This document shows, piece by piece, positions 9,705-19,888 of a stretch of DNA of 64,000 nt. The notes beneath the pieces are model-generated. The model had not been told where the DNA came from. It saw nothing but the letters and a program-made list of their open reading frames with translations, and ran no database searches. Numbering within the stretch: position 1 is the stretch's first letter; every line of letters starts with the position of its first letter. The position numbers and the translations under genes are program-made. The DNA comes from Candidatus Poribacteria bacterium (GTDB lineage: Bacteria; Poribacteria; WGA-4E; WGA-3G): NCBI GenBank assembly GCA_963665235.2, contig CAXXLX010000001.1:4288001-4352000 (forward strand), written 5' to 3'.

Positions 9705-10646
9705 GTGCACAAACATAACCACCAACATCATCACGACGAAACGCACCCACACGGCCATCAAATCCATCTTCAGAAGAAATTTAAGGTAGCTGTCCTTGTG
9801 ACGTTTTGCGTTTTTCTCGGAGAAGTTATCGGAGGAATTTGGTCGGGGAGCCTCGCGTTGCTAAGCGATGCTGTGCACATGATGTCCGATACGCTTTCGC
9901 TTCTCATCAGCTGGTTGGCAATCTATCTCTCGACGCGTCCAGCGACTTCGTCTCGGACGTACGGGTATCACCGTGCTGAGGTTTTCGCCGCATTTTTGAA
10001 CGGGGTGTCGCTTATCGGCATTTCCGGTTGGATTTTTTATGAAGCTTATCAACGGTACACGTCCCCGGAGCCGATTAAAACGGTAGGGATGCTTATTGTG
10101 GCGTGCCTCGGTTTTGTAGCGAACCTTATCATCTTATGGCAACTGCACGGTGAAAGTCATAGCAACCTTAACGTTCGGAGTGCGGTGCTTCACGTGATAG
10201 GGGACACGCTATCTTCAGTGACTGTTGTTGTCGGTGGGCTGGTGATCTATTGGACCGGGTGGTACCAGATTGATGCGGTCCTCAGTTTCCTCATCGGTGG
10301 GATTATCCTCTTCGGGGCACTTCATGTTACAAGAGAGGCGGTGCATATCCTGCTTGAAAATTCCCCCCGGGATATTGACGCGGCCACCGTAGCAAAGCAT
10401 ATCTGCAATTTAGCTCCTGTCAAAGAGGTACACGACATGCACATTTGGTCATTGTGTTCCAACTATCGGGCGTTGAGTGCCCATGTTGTGGTTCATGAAA
10501 ACACCGTTTCAACCCCTGATCAGATTCTACAACAGATTAACGCTGAGTTGCAAACACATTTTGGTATCGGACATACCACGCTTCAATTAGAGCAGATTGA
10601 ATGTGCGCAAGCGGGGAATCTCCTATGTAATGCTCAGCATCAGTGA
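9705..10646 (+). CDS. Cation diffusion facilitator (CzcD/ZitB-like) metal exporter
   Basis: His-rich N-terminus, SLALLSDAVHM, HVIGD, HDMHIW, HTTLQ. Confidence 0.9.
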   Translation: MHKHNHQHHHDETHPHGHQIHLQKKFKVAVLVTFCVFLGEVIGGIWSGSLALLSDAVHMMSDTLSLLISWLAIYLSTRPATSSRTYGYHRAEVFAAFLNGVSLIGISGWIFYEAYQRYTSPEPIKTVGMLIVACLGFVANLIILWQLHGESHSNLNVRSAVLHVIGDTLSSVTVVVGGLVIYWTGWYQIDAVLSFLIGGIILFGALHVTREAVHILLENSPRDIDAATVAKHICNLAPVKEVHDMHIWSLCSNYRALSAHVVVHENTVSTPDQILQQINAELQTHFGIGHTTLQLEQIECAQAGNLLCNAQHQ

Positions 10647-11179
10647 TGTGCTTTTAAGCGATGTGCTTCGCGAATCAGTTCATTATTTTTAGAAAACTTT
10701 TGTGTGGCTTTGACGAGGCCATCTACGTGTGAGTCCATATCCTTCTCGACCTGTACAATCCTGTTTATCAAGTAAGGTTGATTGCTCTGCTGGATTGCTT
10801 TTCTCATGATGGAGAGCAGGTACATATAGATGGTATCCGCTTCGCTTCCCTCAATTGCAATGGCAATTGCGAATGCTTCATCCAACGAAATTATGCCGCT
10901 ATTTACTTTCCGCTCATGTGCATCTAGTTTGTCTGTAATTTGCTGAATAGGGATATCCGGCAATTCTGTCACAGGTGCATCCATTCCGAAGGTTTTAGCG
11001 CATAAGGAGCGTCCGAAATCCACGAGAATGTAGTGTTGCCATTCCTCTGTGCTCATTCGTTCCCAAAACCGCGCAATTCGCTCATCGATGTTCCCCAGAA
11101 GTAGTGAGAAAGAGGCATATAATTTGGCCTGTCGCAATTCAATGTCTTGGCAAAGATTAAAGAGTTCACCTAATGTCAA
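10640..11179 (-). CDS. Ferritin-like/rubrerythrin-like hypothetical protein
   Basis: E...Y, EE..H and IE..E...Y helical pattern. Confidence 0.55.
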   Translation of the reverse strand: MTLGELFNLCQDIELRQAKLYASFSLLLGNIDERIARFWERMSTEEWQHYILVDFGRSLCAKTFGMDAPVTELPDIPIQQITDKLDAHERKVNSGIISLDEAFAIAIAIEGSEADTIYMYLLSIMRKAIQQSNQPYLINRIVQVEKDMDSHVDGLVKATQKFSKNNELIREAHRLKAHH

Positions 11180-11211
11180 TTTTTCACCTTTCTAAAATTC
11201 ATAGCGTTCGT

Positions 11212-12249
11212 CTACATTTGAAGAGGCAAAGGAATTGCTGTCCCGGACGACATGCTCCGCGTGACGGCTTCTGTAAATTCCATATATTTTACCCCTGTGT
11301 CAAAATCGGTATGTGTAATAATTTCGGTGCCGCGGATGGCATTGACAAATTCAGTTTCAACTCGCCACGCGCCTTCTTCGGCAGGCGGGATATCAATCTC
11401 GTGCAATTCTGCATCCTCTTTTTGTCCCCCGTAGAGCCGATTGTCGGAGAATCGTAACGTGCCGCGGCTTCCAAAAATAAGGGCTTCCGGGGCACCTGCT
11501 AACCCTGTAACGGCAGAAATCTGTATATGGAGTTGCGCGCCACATGCAAGCTCGCCAACAACGTCAATATGTTCAGGAATTCGTACTGCACGCATGCCCC
11601 CATCGGCATCGGGCCGCATTTTGACGAATGTTTTGCCCATCGCCATAATTCGTGTTGCTTCCCCGACCCATCGCATCAACGCCTCGTACCAGATGCCGAG
11701 GCTCATGATGTTAAATCCGCTCAGGTCGAAGTCTTGTCGCCATTGTAACGGTGCATCGCTATTTAGGAACGCGCCGCCTGCACGCACTTCAACCGCTAGC
11801 ACATCTCCGATGTACCCTTCGGCGATGTGTCGCTTTATCGCCTTATCGACGCGTAACGTCATCGGGGAGGGGACAATCTGTGCGGTGAGATGCGATTTTC
11901 GCCGGGCCATCAGCCGCATTGCATGTGCCTCACGTGCGTTCATCGCCATGCGTGCTTCACACATCACATGCTTGTTTGCCATAAGCGCACTGACTGTCGC
12001 ACGGCAGTGCATGTAGGGCCATGTTCCGATGACTATGGCGTTCGTCTCTTTATCAGCGATGACATCCTGCCAGTTATCGTAGATTTTTGGGATACCAAAC
12101 TCGTCAGCGACGCGTTGGGAAGATTCCCTGCTTCGATTGCAAACGCCGATGATTTCAACATCTTCAATGGCTTGTAGTCCTGGGATATGTCGTGATTTTG
12201 TATTTCTGCCCGCGCCGATGATGCCGACTCGGACTGTTTCTGCTGCCAC
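11212..12249 (-). CDS. Gfo/Idh/MocA oxidoreductase
   Basis: VGIIGAG Rossmann motif; KHVMCEARM. Confidence 0.85.
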   Translation of the reverse strand: MAAETVRVGIIGAGRNTKSRHIPGLQAIEDVEIIGVCNRSRESSQRVADEFGIPKIYDNWQDVIADKETNAIVIGTWPYMHCRATVSALMANKHVMCEARMAMNAREAHAMRLMARRKSHLTAQIVPSPMTLRVDKAIKRHIAEGYIGDVLAVEVRAGGAFLNSDAPLQWRQDFDLSGFNIMSLGIWYEALMRWVGEATRIMAMGKTFVKMRPDADGGMRAVRIPEHIDVVGELACGAQLHIQISAVTGLAGAPEALIFGSRGTLRFSDNRLYGGQKEDAELHEIDIPPAEEGAWRVETEFVNAIRGTEIITHTDFDTGVKYMEFTEAVTRSMSSGTAIPLPLQM

Positions 12250-12397
12250 TTTTTTTTGCTCCTTTCGTTATTTGTGTCGTGTTACCTATTTTAGCAGAAA
12301 GAGGGGCAAAATGTCAAGCTGCAATTTAGTCTGGGTGTGTAAAGTTTTTGTACGTCTGCGATATTTTTTCTGAAGAAAAATCAAACCATTGGCAACT

Positions 12398-12804
12398 AAT
12401 ACCATTTCTAATTGGAAATGTCTCTTTATTGGAGCATAAACTTCCAGTTTGTGTTCTTTCTTGTAGCATAAACTTCCAGTTTGTGTTCTTTCTTGTAGCA
12501 TAAACTTCCAGTTTGTGCTCTTTATCGTAGCATAAACTTCCAGTTTGTGTTCTCATGGCGTTTTGACATAAGACAATACCTCCTGGGACAATTCTGTAGC
12601 ATAAACTTCCAGTTTGTTCTTTCTTGTAGCATAAACTTCCAGTTTGTGCTCTTTATCGTAGCATAAACTTCCAGTTTGTGCATAAACTTCCAGTTTGTTC
12701 TTTCTTGTCTCTTTATCGTAGCATAAACTTCCAGTTTGGGTCTTCCGTTCTCCGTTTCATTTCTAACAACCGGTAATGATAGAATAATTAATAAAAATGG
12801 TATA
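12398..12804 (-). mobile_element. MITE family A (TIR ATACCATTT) carrying ~9 GTAG-REP units
   Basis: Ends ATACCATTTCTAATT...AAAAATGGTATAA; internal repeats GTAGCATAAACTTCCAGTTTGT; further copies at 21260-21445 and 55904-56056. Confidence 0.75.
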
Positions 12805-13270
12805 ACATAACAGAGAACCAAAACATTTTTCGGAGGAACGCGGCACGGTTTGCAACTCACCTGACCAGACATCGATAGCGAAAGTGTCACATTTCTTTTT
12901 TTTTGAAAATCGTCCAAGGGGGGTGTAAACGGCGGACAAACATAGATGGGGCGGGCGTTTGGGCACATTCAGCACCGAGAACCATAAGTTACACTTTGTG
13001 TCGAAAGTGTAACTTATGCACACAAATAGCACAAAAAAGTAGGGGGCAGAACGATAAGAAAAGTAGGCAGGACAGATACCTGAAATCCGCGCTCGAAATG
13101 ACACATTTTGTTTTTTTTGTGTTGCGAAAAAGATAGGGGTAAACCGCTTACAAACATAGACGTGGCGTGAGTTTGTGCGACTGCAGCACTGAGAAGTAAA
13201 TGTTACACTTTGTGTCAAAAGTGTAACATTTCCACCGGTTTTGTACAAAAACTTTACGCACCCTTTAGTC

Positions 13271-13299
13271 TTGACATTCAAACCGATAAGTGGTAACAT
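13271..13299 (+). promoter_or_regulatory. Sigma70-like promoter
   Basis: TTGACA-17 nt-TAACAT upstream of the ATG at 13339. Confidence 0.55.
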
Positions 13300-13338
13300 A
13301 TTAGGTAAAGCTATATCAAAAAAAAATCAAAGGATAAC

Positions 13339-15363
13339 ATGAGAAAAATAATCACTACCGAACGTTTGTTACAATTTTGTGCACTTACATTAATTTTTTC
13401 GCTTTTTCTGCTAAAAGAGGTTTCCGCCGTAGAATTTATCAAATTAGAACGGGAATTTTCAGGTAAAGGCACAACCCAAGGGAGCTTCGGCAAAGATATT
13501 CACCTCGCTTTTAAGCAGAATATCTACGTCAGTGACACGGAGAATCGGCTTATCCAGAAGCTGTCACCGGCCGGGGAATTTCTTTTTCAAATTCCGGCGA
13601 ACCCGGAATCTTCTGATAACATTTTGCGGAAGCCGGGGCATATTGCCGTGGATAACGATGGAAATATCTATGTCGCCGATGCAACCGCGCATCACATCGC
13701 TAAAACGGTCGAGCCGAAAATCTACATGTTCGCACCATGTGTTCATAAATTTAGTCCAACGGGGGAGTTGCAACATACCTATTTCGTTGACCGGGTGGAT
13801 GAACGTCCGGGTGTAGTTTTACCCGCAAAACTGATTATTGACGAAGAGGGTAAGACCGCCTTCGGCATTCAACCTGCTGGACACGACCGCACGCTTCGCA
13901 TCGCTGTCAATGCCCAAAACCAAATCTATATCTTAGACGCGAAACGGGGACGTATCCATAAGTTCGCTGCGGATGGAGAAAAGATGCACACCTTCGGTAG
14001 ATACGGTGGCGGGGCAGGAGAATTTGATAGAGATGCCGCCGATATTGCTCTCGATGCCCGCGGAAATGTTTTCGTGGCAGATACAGGTAATCACCGTATC
14101 GTTAAATTTGATGCTGATGGACAATTTCTACGGAGCTTCGGGAGAAAAGGACGCGGAAACGGCGAATTTGTAAAACCGATGGCACTCGTTACACTGCCTA
14201 CAGGTGAGATTTTAGTCAAGGATGAAAGTCGATTCCGTAGAAAAGTCGGCGGGTTGCCTGAGGTTATCGCGCTCTCCCCAACATTGACACAGCTGACAGA
14301 GAGCTCCCCAGGACAGGCGAATCTTGCCAATACAATTACGAATGCAACCCAACCACAATACGGCCCGTTTGCACAAAACCCGATGGAAACCGTTGATACG
14401 GCTTCTCTGAATCGCCGGTTACGCTTGCTTGAAGAGGCGGAATACAGCCGGTATTATGATTATGAAACAGACGATGAAGCAGATGAAGAACTGGCTGAAG
14501 AACTCAAACGGAAAGATATCCGATTGACGTTGTTTCATAATGTCATCTCACGTATCCAAAAGTTTGATAACAGTGGCAACTATGTCGGGCGGATTGTTTA
14601 TGAAACCGATCAGCTCAGTGAGAAAAGGCATGACCTCACGTTCCTCGATTTTGACGGTTCCGGTTATCTCTATTTGCGAGACACGAGTGACTTCACTATC
14701 GCGCAATATTCCGTTACAGGGTTCACTGTGAAACCCTCCCACATGAACGGGTTTTACAGCACCCGTATCGCTAATCTTAGCAACAACTATCTAGAGGATT
14801 ATGAAGATATCGATATATCAACCGATGTTCAGGATGAGCTGAACCAGTTAGAACTTAAGAATCTATTCGGATGGACCTATAGTATCTCTGAACGGTGGCA
14901 TTTAACTTTCCTTGACGAGTTGACTTACGCGGAGCAGGACGAGCGGTATGTCACCCCCGCTAAGGTAGAGGATAGCTACGATTTTCAAACCCGGGCGTTG
15001 GAGAATGCATTCGCTGCTAATCTGAAGTTTATCACAAATCCTAATCCGTATCGGTATAAGGAGTTAAATCTGTCCATCGGCCGTGTTGATGGTACGTCTG
15101 ATTTGACACAGGATGCCCTTTTCCCTGAACTGAACAAACAGCATAGAGAAGACACGGGGGATGCTACTTCTACAGTGATAGAGCTGAATTGGGATATTTG
15201 GTCACGGGCAAATCTGTGGTTCCGCTATGCTGACCTGAATCCTGCCGATACAAGCCGCAATTTTGTGCGCCGATTTTACGATGTTTCTGGTGACCTCTAC
15301 GAAGTTTTTGGAAGTCGCAATGAGGCACGTCAATTTCTCGGTGAATTGACGATAAAGTTCTGA
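13339..15363 (+). CDS. Secreted NHL-repeat beta-propeller protein with possible C-terminal beta-barrel
   Basis: Signal peptide; NHL repeats (IYVADTGNHRIVKFD..G.F..SFG..G...GEF..P); amphipathic strands ending in Phe. Confidence 0.75.
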   Translation: MRKIITTERLLQFCALTLIFSLFLLKEVSAVEFIKLEREFSGKGTTQGSFGKDIHLAFKQNIYVSDTENRLIQKLSPAGEFLFQIPANPESSDNILRKPGHIAVDNDGNIYVADATAHHIAKTVEPKIYMFAPCVHKFSPTGELQHTYFVDRVDERPGVVLPAKLIIDEEGKTAFGIQPAGHDRTLRIAVNAQNQIYILDAKRGRIHKFAADGEKMHTFGRYGGGAGEFDRDAADIALDARGNVFVADTGNHRIVKFDADGQFLRSFGRKGRGNGEFVKPMALVTLPTGEILVKDESRFRRKVGGLPEVIALSPTLTQLTESSPGQANLANTITNATQPQYGPFAQNPMETVDTASLNRRLRLLEEAEYSRYYDYETDDEADEELAEELKRKDIRLTLFHNVISRIQKFDNSGNYVGRIVYETDQLSEKRHDLTFLDFDGSGYLYLRDTSDFTIAQYSVTGFTVKPSHMNGFYSTRIANLSNNYLEDYEDIDISTDVQDELNQLELKNLFGWTYSISERWHLTFLDELTYAEQDERYVTPAKVEDSYDFQTRALENAFAANLKFITNPNPYRYKELNLSIGRVDGTSDLTQDALFPELNKQHREDTGDATSTVIELNWDIWSRANLWFRYADLNPADTSRNFVRRFYDVSGDLYEVFGSRNEARQFLGELTIKF

Positions 15364-15378
15364 TGGAGCCGTATAGCT

Positions 15379-16356
15379 ATGGAGTTTCGTGCGCTTTATC
15401 CTGATGAATTTGAGACGTGGTTGGACCATGTTGCACATGTCTTTTCCGCAGGTCGGCAATACTTTTCTAATCATTGGTATAACGACCCGTGGAGAGATGT
15501 AGCAGGTATTCGCGTTGCGGTGGATGATGGCAAAATTGTTAGCACAGTGCGGGTTTTTATACGGAAGATGTTTTTGCACGGTGAACCTATATCTGTCGGA
15601 GGTATTGGGGAGGTGAGTACTCGTCCTGAATATCGTCGACAAGGTATTGCTACGCAGCTTCTCAAAGATTCTATTGCGTTTATGGAAGACCGCGAAATTG
15701 CTATCTCTCTGCTGCACGGAAGTCAACGTATCTATTCAGGTGAAGGCTGGCAAAAGGTGCCACGGTATTATGCGAAGATAACTCTGTCTGCCCAAAAACA
15801 GACCCAATGGCGTATCTGTCCTATCAACTTTGAAAATGAAAATGAGGTCGAGCAGCTCGCTGCCCTCTACGACACTTATTCTCGCAAATTTAATGGACCT
15901 TTCGTTAGGGACAATAGGGCATATTGGACCGATTGGGTAAAGACTGAATCTCCAAGCACATGGGGGGTTGAACGTGATGGTGTTATTGAAGGTTATATCG
16001 CAATTAGAAAACAGAATGGACAGCTGCATGTGAAGGAGTTTGCTGTTTCAGATGCGGTGTTTGAACAAAATAACGCGAAGGTTTTTTTTGAGATGGTGTT
16101 ATCTGATATTATAGCACAGCTGGATGCGGAGCGTTTTTTGGTAGAGTATCCCGCGCCGCTCGCTGATGGGTTCAATGCCCCGACGGTTGAGCCGCGTGGG
16201 AGTACGATGTACCGTGTGATTCTACCCGACGCGTTACCGTCAGCTTTTGCGGAAAAATCGGGCGATGTGTTTCCGAATCTTCTGCATGAGCAGGTGGAAT
16301 CTCTGCGGCAACCTATCCGGTCACATCACGTCTTTTGGTCGACGGATGGGTTTTGA
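15379..16356 (+). CDS. GNAT family (Eis-like) N-acetyltransferase
   Basis: GGIGEVSTRPEYRRQGIA acetyl-CoA motif A. Confidence 0.85.
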   Translation: MEFRALYPDEFETWLDHVAHVFSAGRQYFSNHWYNDPWRDVAGIRVAVDDGKIVSTVRVFIRKMFLHGEPISVGGIGEVSTRPEYRRQGIATQLLKDSIAFMEDREIAISLLHGSQRIYSGEGWQKVPRYYAKITLSAQKQTQWRICPINFENENEVEQLAALYDTYSRKFNGPFVRDNRAYWTDWVKTESPSTWGVERDGVIEGYIAIRKQNGQLHVKEFAVSDAVFEQNNAKVFFEMVLSDIIAQLDAERFLVEYPAPLADGFNAPTVEPRGSTMYRVILPDALPSAFAEKSGDVFPNLLHEQVESLRQPIRSHHVFWSTDGF

Positions 16357-16858
16357 GGGGTGTGTAAAGTTTTTGTCAAAGGGATAGGTGGAAGGCTGGA
16401 AGGCTGGAAGGCTGGAAGAATGGGTTTCGCGTGTGTGTTGTCTGAATCGCGGATTAGCGCGGAGGACGCGGAGAACGCGGAATTAAGAGAGCCTTTGTTA
16501 CCAACACGTCTCTTGCAAAAGGAAAGGGCCGAGACACAAAAGGATTTTCCGCGTCCTCTGTGTTCTCCGCGCCTTCCGTGATTCAGACAAAAAGAGAATA
16601 GACCTCACACAAGAGAAACATTAAAGAACGCAAGTTTGAAAAAAGTTTTGACCTAGGGCGTTCTCTGGTAGTTTTAGCAAAAACGGAAGACCCAAACTAG
16701 AAAGTTTGTGCTACAATTACACCGCTTTTTTTCGCAATGGAAAGTGTCTACAGCATACGGACATTTATTATCAAGCTCACGTTATACTACAAACGGAAGA
16801 ACAGTGAGGACGACGGGCAATGAATTGCCCCTACTACAAATAGGAGAATAGCGGAGGT

Positions 16859-16995
16859 CGCGTGCGAAGCACACTCCTACATAAGAGAAGGTATCGCGTG
16901 CGAAGCACACTCCTACATAAGAGAAGGTATCGCGTGCGAAGCACACTCCTACATAAGAGAAGGTATCGCGTGCACGGCACGCTCCTACAGAGGAG
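16859..16995 (+). repeat. 36-bp tandem GTAG-REP-like repeat (4 units)
   Basis: CGCGTGCGAAGCACACTCCTACATAAGAGAAGGTAT units; same family as 29231-30066. Confidence 0.85.
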
Positions 16996-17005
16996 AGGAG
17001 GATGT

Positions 17006-18823
17006 ATGAGCCCTAATCAATTGACGCAGTGGATTGGTAAAAACCGGTTGAGCTCGAACGAAATAGAGAGCAATCGCTTTTTAAAAGCTGCCGGTCTCTT
17101 TGCAGATACGGCTGTTCAATACGGGAGAGATAGATATAGCGGTAAAGATATGCCGCTCTTTGCTGATTGTCTCCATACCGACTATTTAAAGGCACCCAGG
17201 TCGATGACATCTCACCGCTCTGGCAGCGAGCCGAAGCCTACGGTGTGGTGTTTCTTTCAGAATCAGCAGAATCTGATGCGGTTGCTGGCTTCTTTAAGCC
17301 AATTCACCGGAGATAGCAAATATGTCCAGGCCGCAGGAGAAGCTGCTGAATATATGTTTAACAACTACTGGTATCCAGAAAGTGGGGTTTTGCATTGGGG
17401 CGGACACGGTTATGTGGATTTGGCAACCGGTAATAGATACGGCATGAAGGGTGTTGTTCACGAAATAGAGGACGTATATCCATATTGGGAATTGCTGAGA
17501 GCTGTGAATCCAGAGCGCGGTGAGATGCTGATGAAGGGTATTTGGGAAGCAAATATTAAAGACTGGGATGCCCTGCATTACAATCGACACGGTGATTTCA
17601 AAAAACAGGTTGAGCTTGCTAATACCTGGAATAGACCCTGGCATGGATACAAACCCCCCAAAATCAGCGGCGATCTTTCGTTTATCAGTGTAGCTTTGGA
17701 TATGGCTTATGCTGCTTATAGCTTGGGCTATCAAAGGCAGGAGACAGCACCACGTATTTGGGCGGAACGTTTGCTAAATCTGATTATAGAACAACGTGAC
17801 CCAGAGACCGGTATTTGGCCTAATCTCGTTCATCCGCAAAGTGCTAAACGGGGGATTAATGTGTTCGGTAGAAAATACCCGCAGGCAACGGAACCGAGGG
17901 TCTATGTAGGCAATCTGCTGAATCACACTATTACCCAGATGATGGGTATGCTTACAATCGTAGAAAATGCCCAAAAGTATGAGCACGTTGACGAAATGGC
18001 ACATATCAAAGTGGCAGTTGAACAACATATCATCGGTTTCCTAAACGCCTCATACTCTCCGGAAAGCAATACGTTGAGAAGCATTATTATTGATGGTACC
18101 GATTTAACGGATTTTCGGATAAAGGGCCCGTTCAAGACAGAGAAGCTCTACTTTGGCGCGAAGGAAGGCGGTGCGTTTCTGCCGCAAAATATTACGCCGC
18201 TTTTTACGTCCGTTTGTGCCCGTGGATACCGGGTTTCTGGGGGTAAAGGTGCGTTCAGAGATTACCTACGCACTATGTTTAATGCCTTCGGACTCGGAGA
18301 CATCGGGGTTGATACAAACTGCAACCCCTCGCTGAATTTTGGGACGACTGCCGTGGAACCTGCTTTTATTTTCGCACTGGTAGATTTGTACCGGGTTGAA
18401 CCGAAGCCGGAATTTCTGTCAATGGCGGAGCATATAGGGGATAACCTGCTTCGGGTTAGACAGCATGCCGATAGCGGTCTTTTTACACTGGAAGATGAAT
18501 TTATACTCCATAACCAAATTATGGATATGCCGACCCTACAGGAGGGGCACGAAGGGAAAAGTGTGAGTGACATCTTGCAGGCGGGCCATAAAACCGCTAA
18601 TCTAGATGCAATGGAGCCGTTAGCACTGCTTAGCATCTATGCTGCACAAACGGGACACTATGACATGATGCCAGCTTGGACAGCCGGTGGCCTTTACCTT
18701 AAGGTAAGTAGTGTCGGGCACATTGTGAACAAAGAGATGCAGCTATGGTTTGATAAACCCGCGTTAAAGCAATTTTATCAGGAGCATAATATTAACTGTA
18801 CCTGGTCGATTGACGAGGGGTAA
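17006..18823 (+). CDS. Polysaccharide lyase family 2-like (PelW/pectate lyase-like) protein
   Basis: QQNLMR, LHWGGH..VDL, HEIEDVYPYW, DW..L.YNRHG motifs; RBS aggagagg before ATG 17006. Confidence 0.65.
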   Translation: MSPNQLTQWIGKNRLSSNEIESNRFLKAAGLFADTAVQYGRDRYSGKDMPLFADCLHTDYLKAPRSMTSHRSGSEPKPTVWCFFQNQQNLMRLLASLSQFTGDSKYVQAAGEAAEYMFNNYWYPESGVLHWGGHGYVDLATGNRYGMKGVVHEIEDVYPYWELLRAVNPERGEMLMKGIWEANIKDWDALHYNRHGDFKKQVELANTWNRPWHGYKPPKISGDLSFISVALDMAYAAYSLGYQRQETAPRIWAERLLNLIIEQRDPETGIWPNLVHPQSAKRGINVFGRKYPQATEPRVYVGNLLNHTITQMMGMLTIVENAQKYEHVDEMAHIKVAVEQHIIGFLNASYSPESNTLRSIIIDGTDLTDFRIKGPFKTEKLYFGAKEGGAFLPQNITPLFTSVCARGYRVSGGKGAFRDYLRTMFNAFGLGDIGVDTNCNPSLNFGTTAVEPAFIFALVDLYRVEPKPEFLSMAEHIGDNLLRVRQHADSGLFTLEDEFILHNQIMDMPTLQEGHEGKSVSDILQAGHKTANLDAMEPLALLSIYAAQTGHYDMMPAWTAGGLYLKVSSVGHIVNKEMQLWFDKPALKQFYQEHNINCTWSIDEG

Positions 18824-18968
18824 GTGAAAAAGATTGTGATAGTCCGTATATCCGCCCGCGGGAGAGGGGAAAAGAGGGTCGCGTGCACAGCACGCGCCTA
18901 CATAAGAGTCTACGGAAATACTGAAGAAACGGGCAATAAATTGCCCTACTACATAAGAGGTAAAGAAA

Positions 18969-19805
18969 TTGAAACTTGGCGTATCTACTTATTCGTATTG
19001 GCATTTTACACCTGAACGCGTTCCGATTGAAGAGGTAATTGAGGCGGCTGCCCGACTTGAATTGGATGGCGTTGAAATTTTACATCAACAGATGGCTTCG
19101 GAGGCTACCCCGTATCTTCAAAAACTGAAACGGCTCTCCTTTATTCACGGGCTAGATCTGTATGCTCTCTCTATTCACCAAGGTTTTGTTTCGCCGGACT
19201 CGCAGGTGCGGCAAAGAAATATCAATCACACGGTGCATTGCATCCGGCTGGCACATGAACTCGGTATTCCCGCAATCCGCCTTAACTCAGGACGGTGGGG
19301 GACTGTCAAATCTTTTGATGAATTGATGAAGACAGAGGGGCAGGAGCCGACACTCCCTGGGCACACAGTGGATGAGGCGTTTGGATGGGTGATTGACTCT
19401 ATTGAAGAATGTCTCCCGGATGCGGAGAAGTACGGTGTTATCCTGGCACTGGAAAATCACTGGGGATTGACCTGTACCCCGGAGGGTGTTAATCGCATTG
19501 TGTCTGCTATCAATTCAGAATGGCTAAAGGTGACGATGGATTGTGGTAATTTTCTGTCGGAGCCGTACCAGAAATTGGAGCAGATTGCACCTGAGACGGT
19601 GCTTGTTCACGCGAAAACGTATTACGGCGGTGGTGAATGGTATACCCTAGACCTTGATTACGCTAGAATTGGTGAGATTCTGCGGGAGGTCGGGTTTCAA
19701 GGCTACGTCTCGATTGAATTTGAAGGGAAAGCAGACGCGGATGTCGGGGTTCCGAAAAGTGTGACGATGCTGCGTGCGGCTCTTGATAATAAAAGCAATA
19801 CGTAA
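18969..19805 (+). CDS. Sugar phosphate isomerase/epimerase (xylose isomerase-like TIM barrel)
   Basis: LALENHWG, DCGNF, HAK, SIEFEG. Confidence 0.85.
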   Translation: MKLGVSTYSYWHFTPERVPIEEVIEAAARLELDGVEILHQQMASEATPYLQKLKRLSFIHGLDLYALSIHQGFVSPDSQVRQRNINHTVHCIRLAHELGIPAIRLNSGRWGTVKSFDELMKTEGQEPTLPGHTVDEAFGWVIDSIEECLPDAEKYGVILALENHWGLTCTPEGVNRIVSAINSEWLKVTMDCGNFLSEPYQKLEQIAPETVLVHAKTYYGGGEWYTLDLDYARIGEILREVGFQGYVSIEFEGKADADVGVPKSVTMLRAALDNKSNT

Positions 19806-19888
19806 TTGGGATATGGTGTGGTTGGCGGGCGTTGTGCCCGCCAATGACTCTTTCTCTAAAGCGAGGTTACAAATCCCTCCTCCCCTCG

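Noticed and set aside
12431-12740. CRISPR-like repeats GTAGCATAAACTTCCAGTTTGT
   Set aside because: Inter-repeat segments are mostly about 10 nt and themselves repetitive; the units sit inside a TIR-bounded element.
16862-17005. Repetitive N-terminus of the lyase-like ORF
   Set aside because: It is the 36-bp repeat; the true start is ATG 17006 with a strong RBS.
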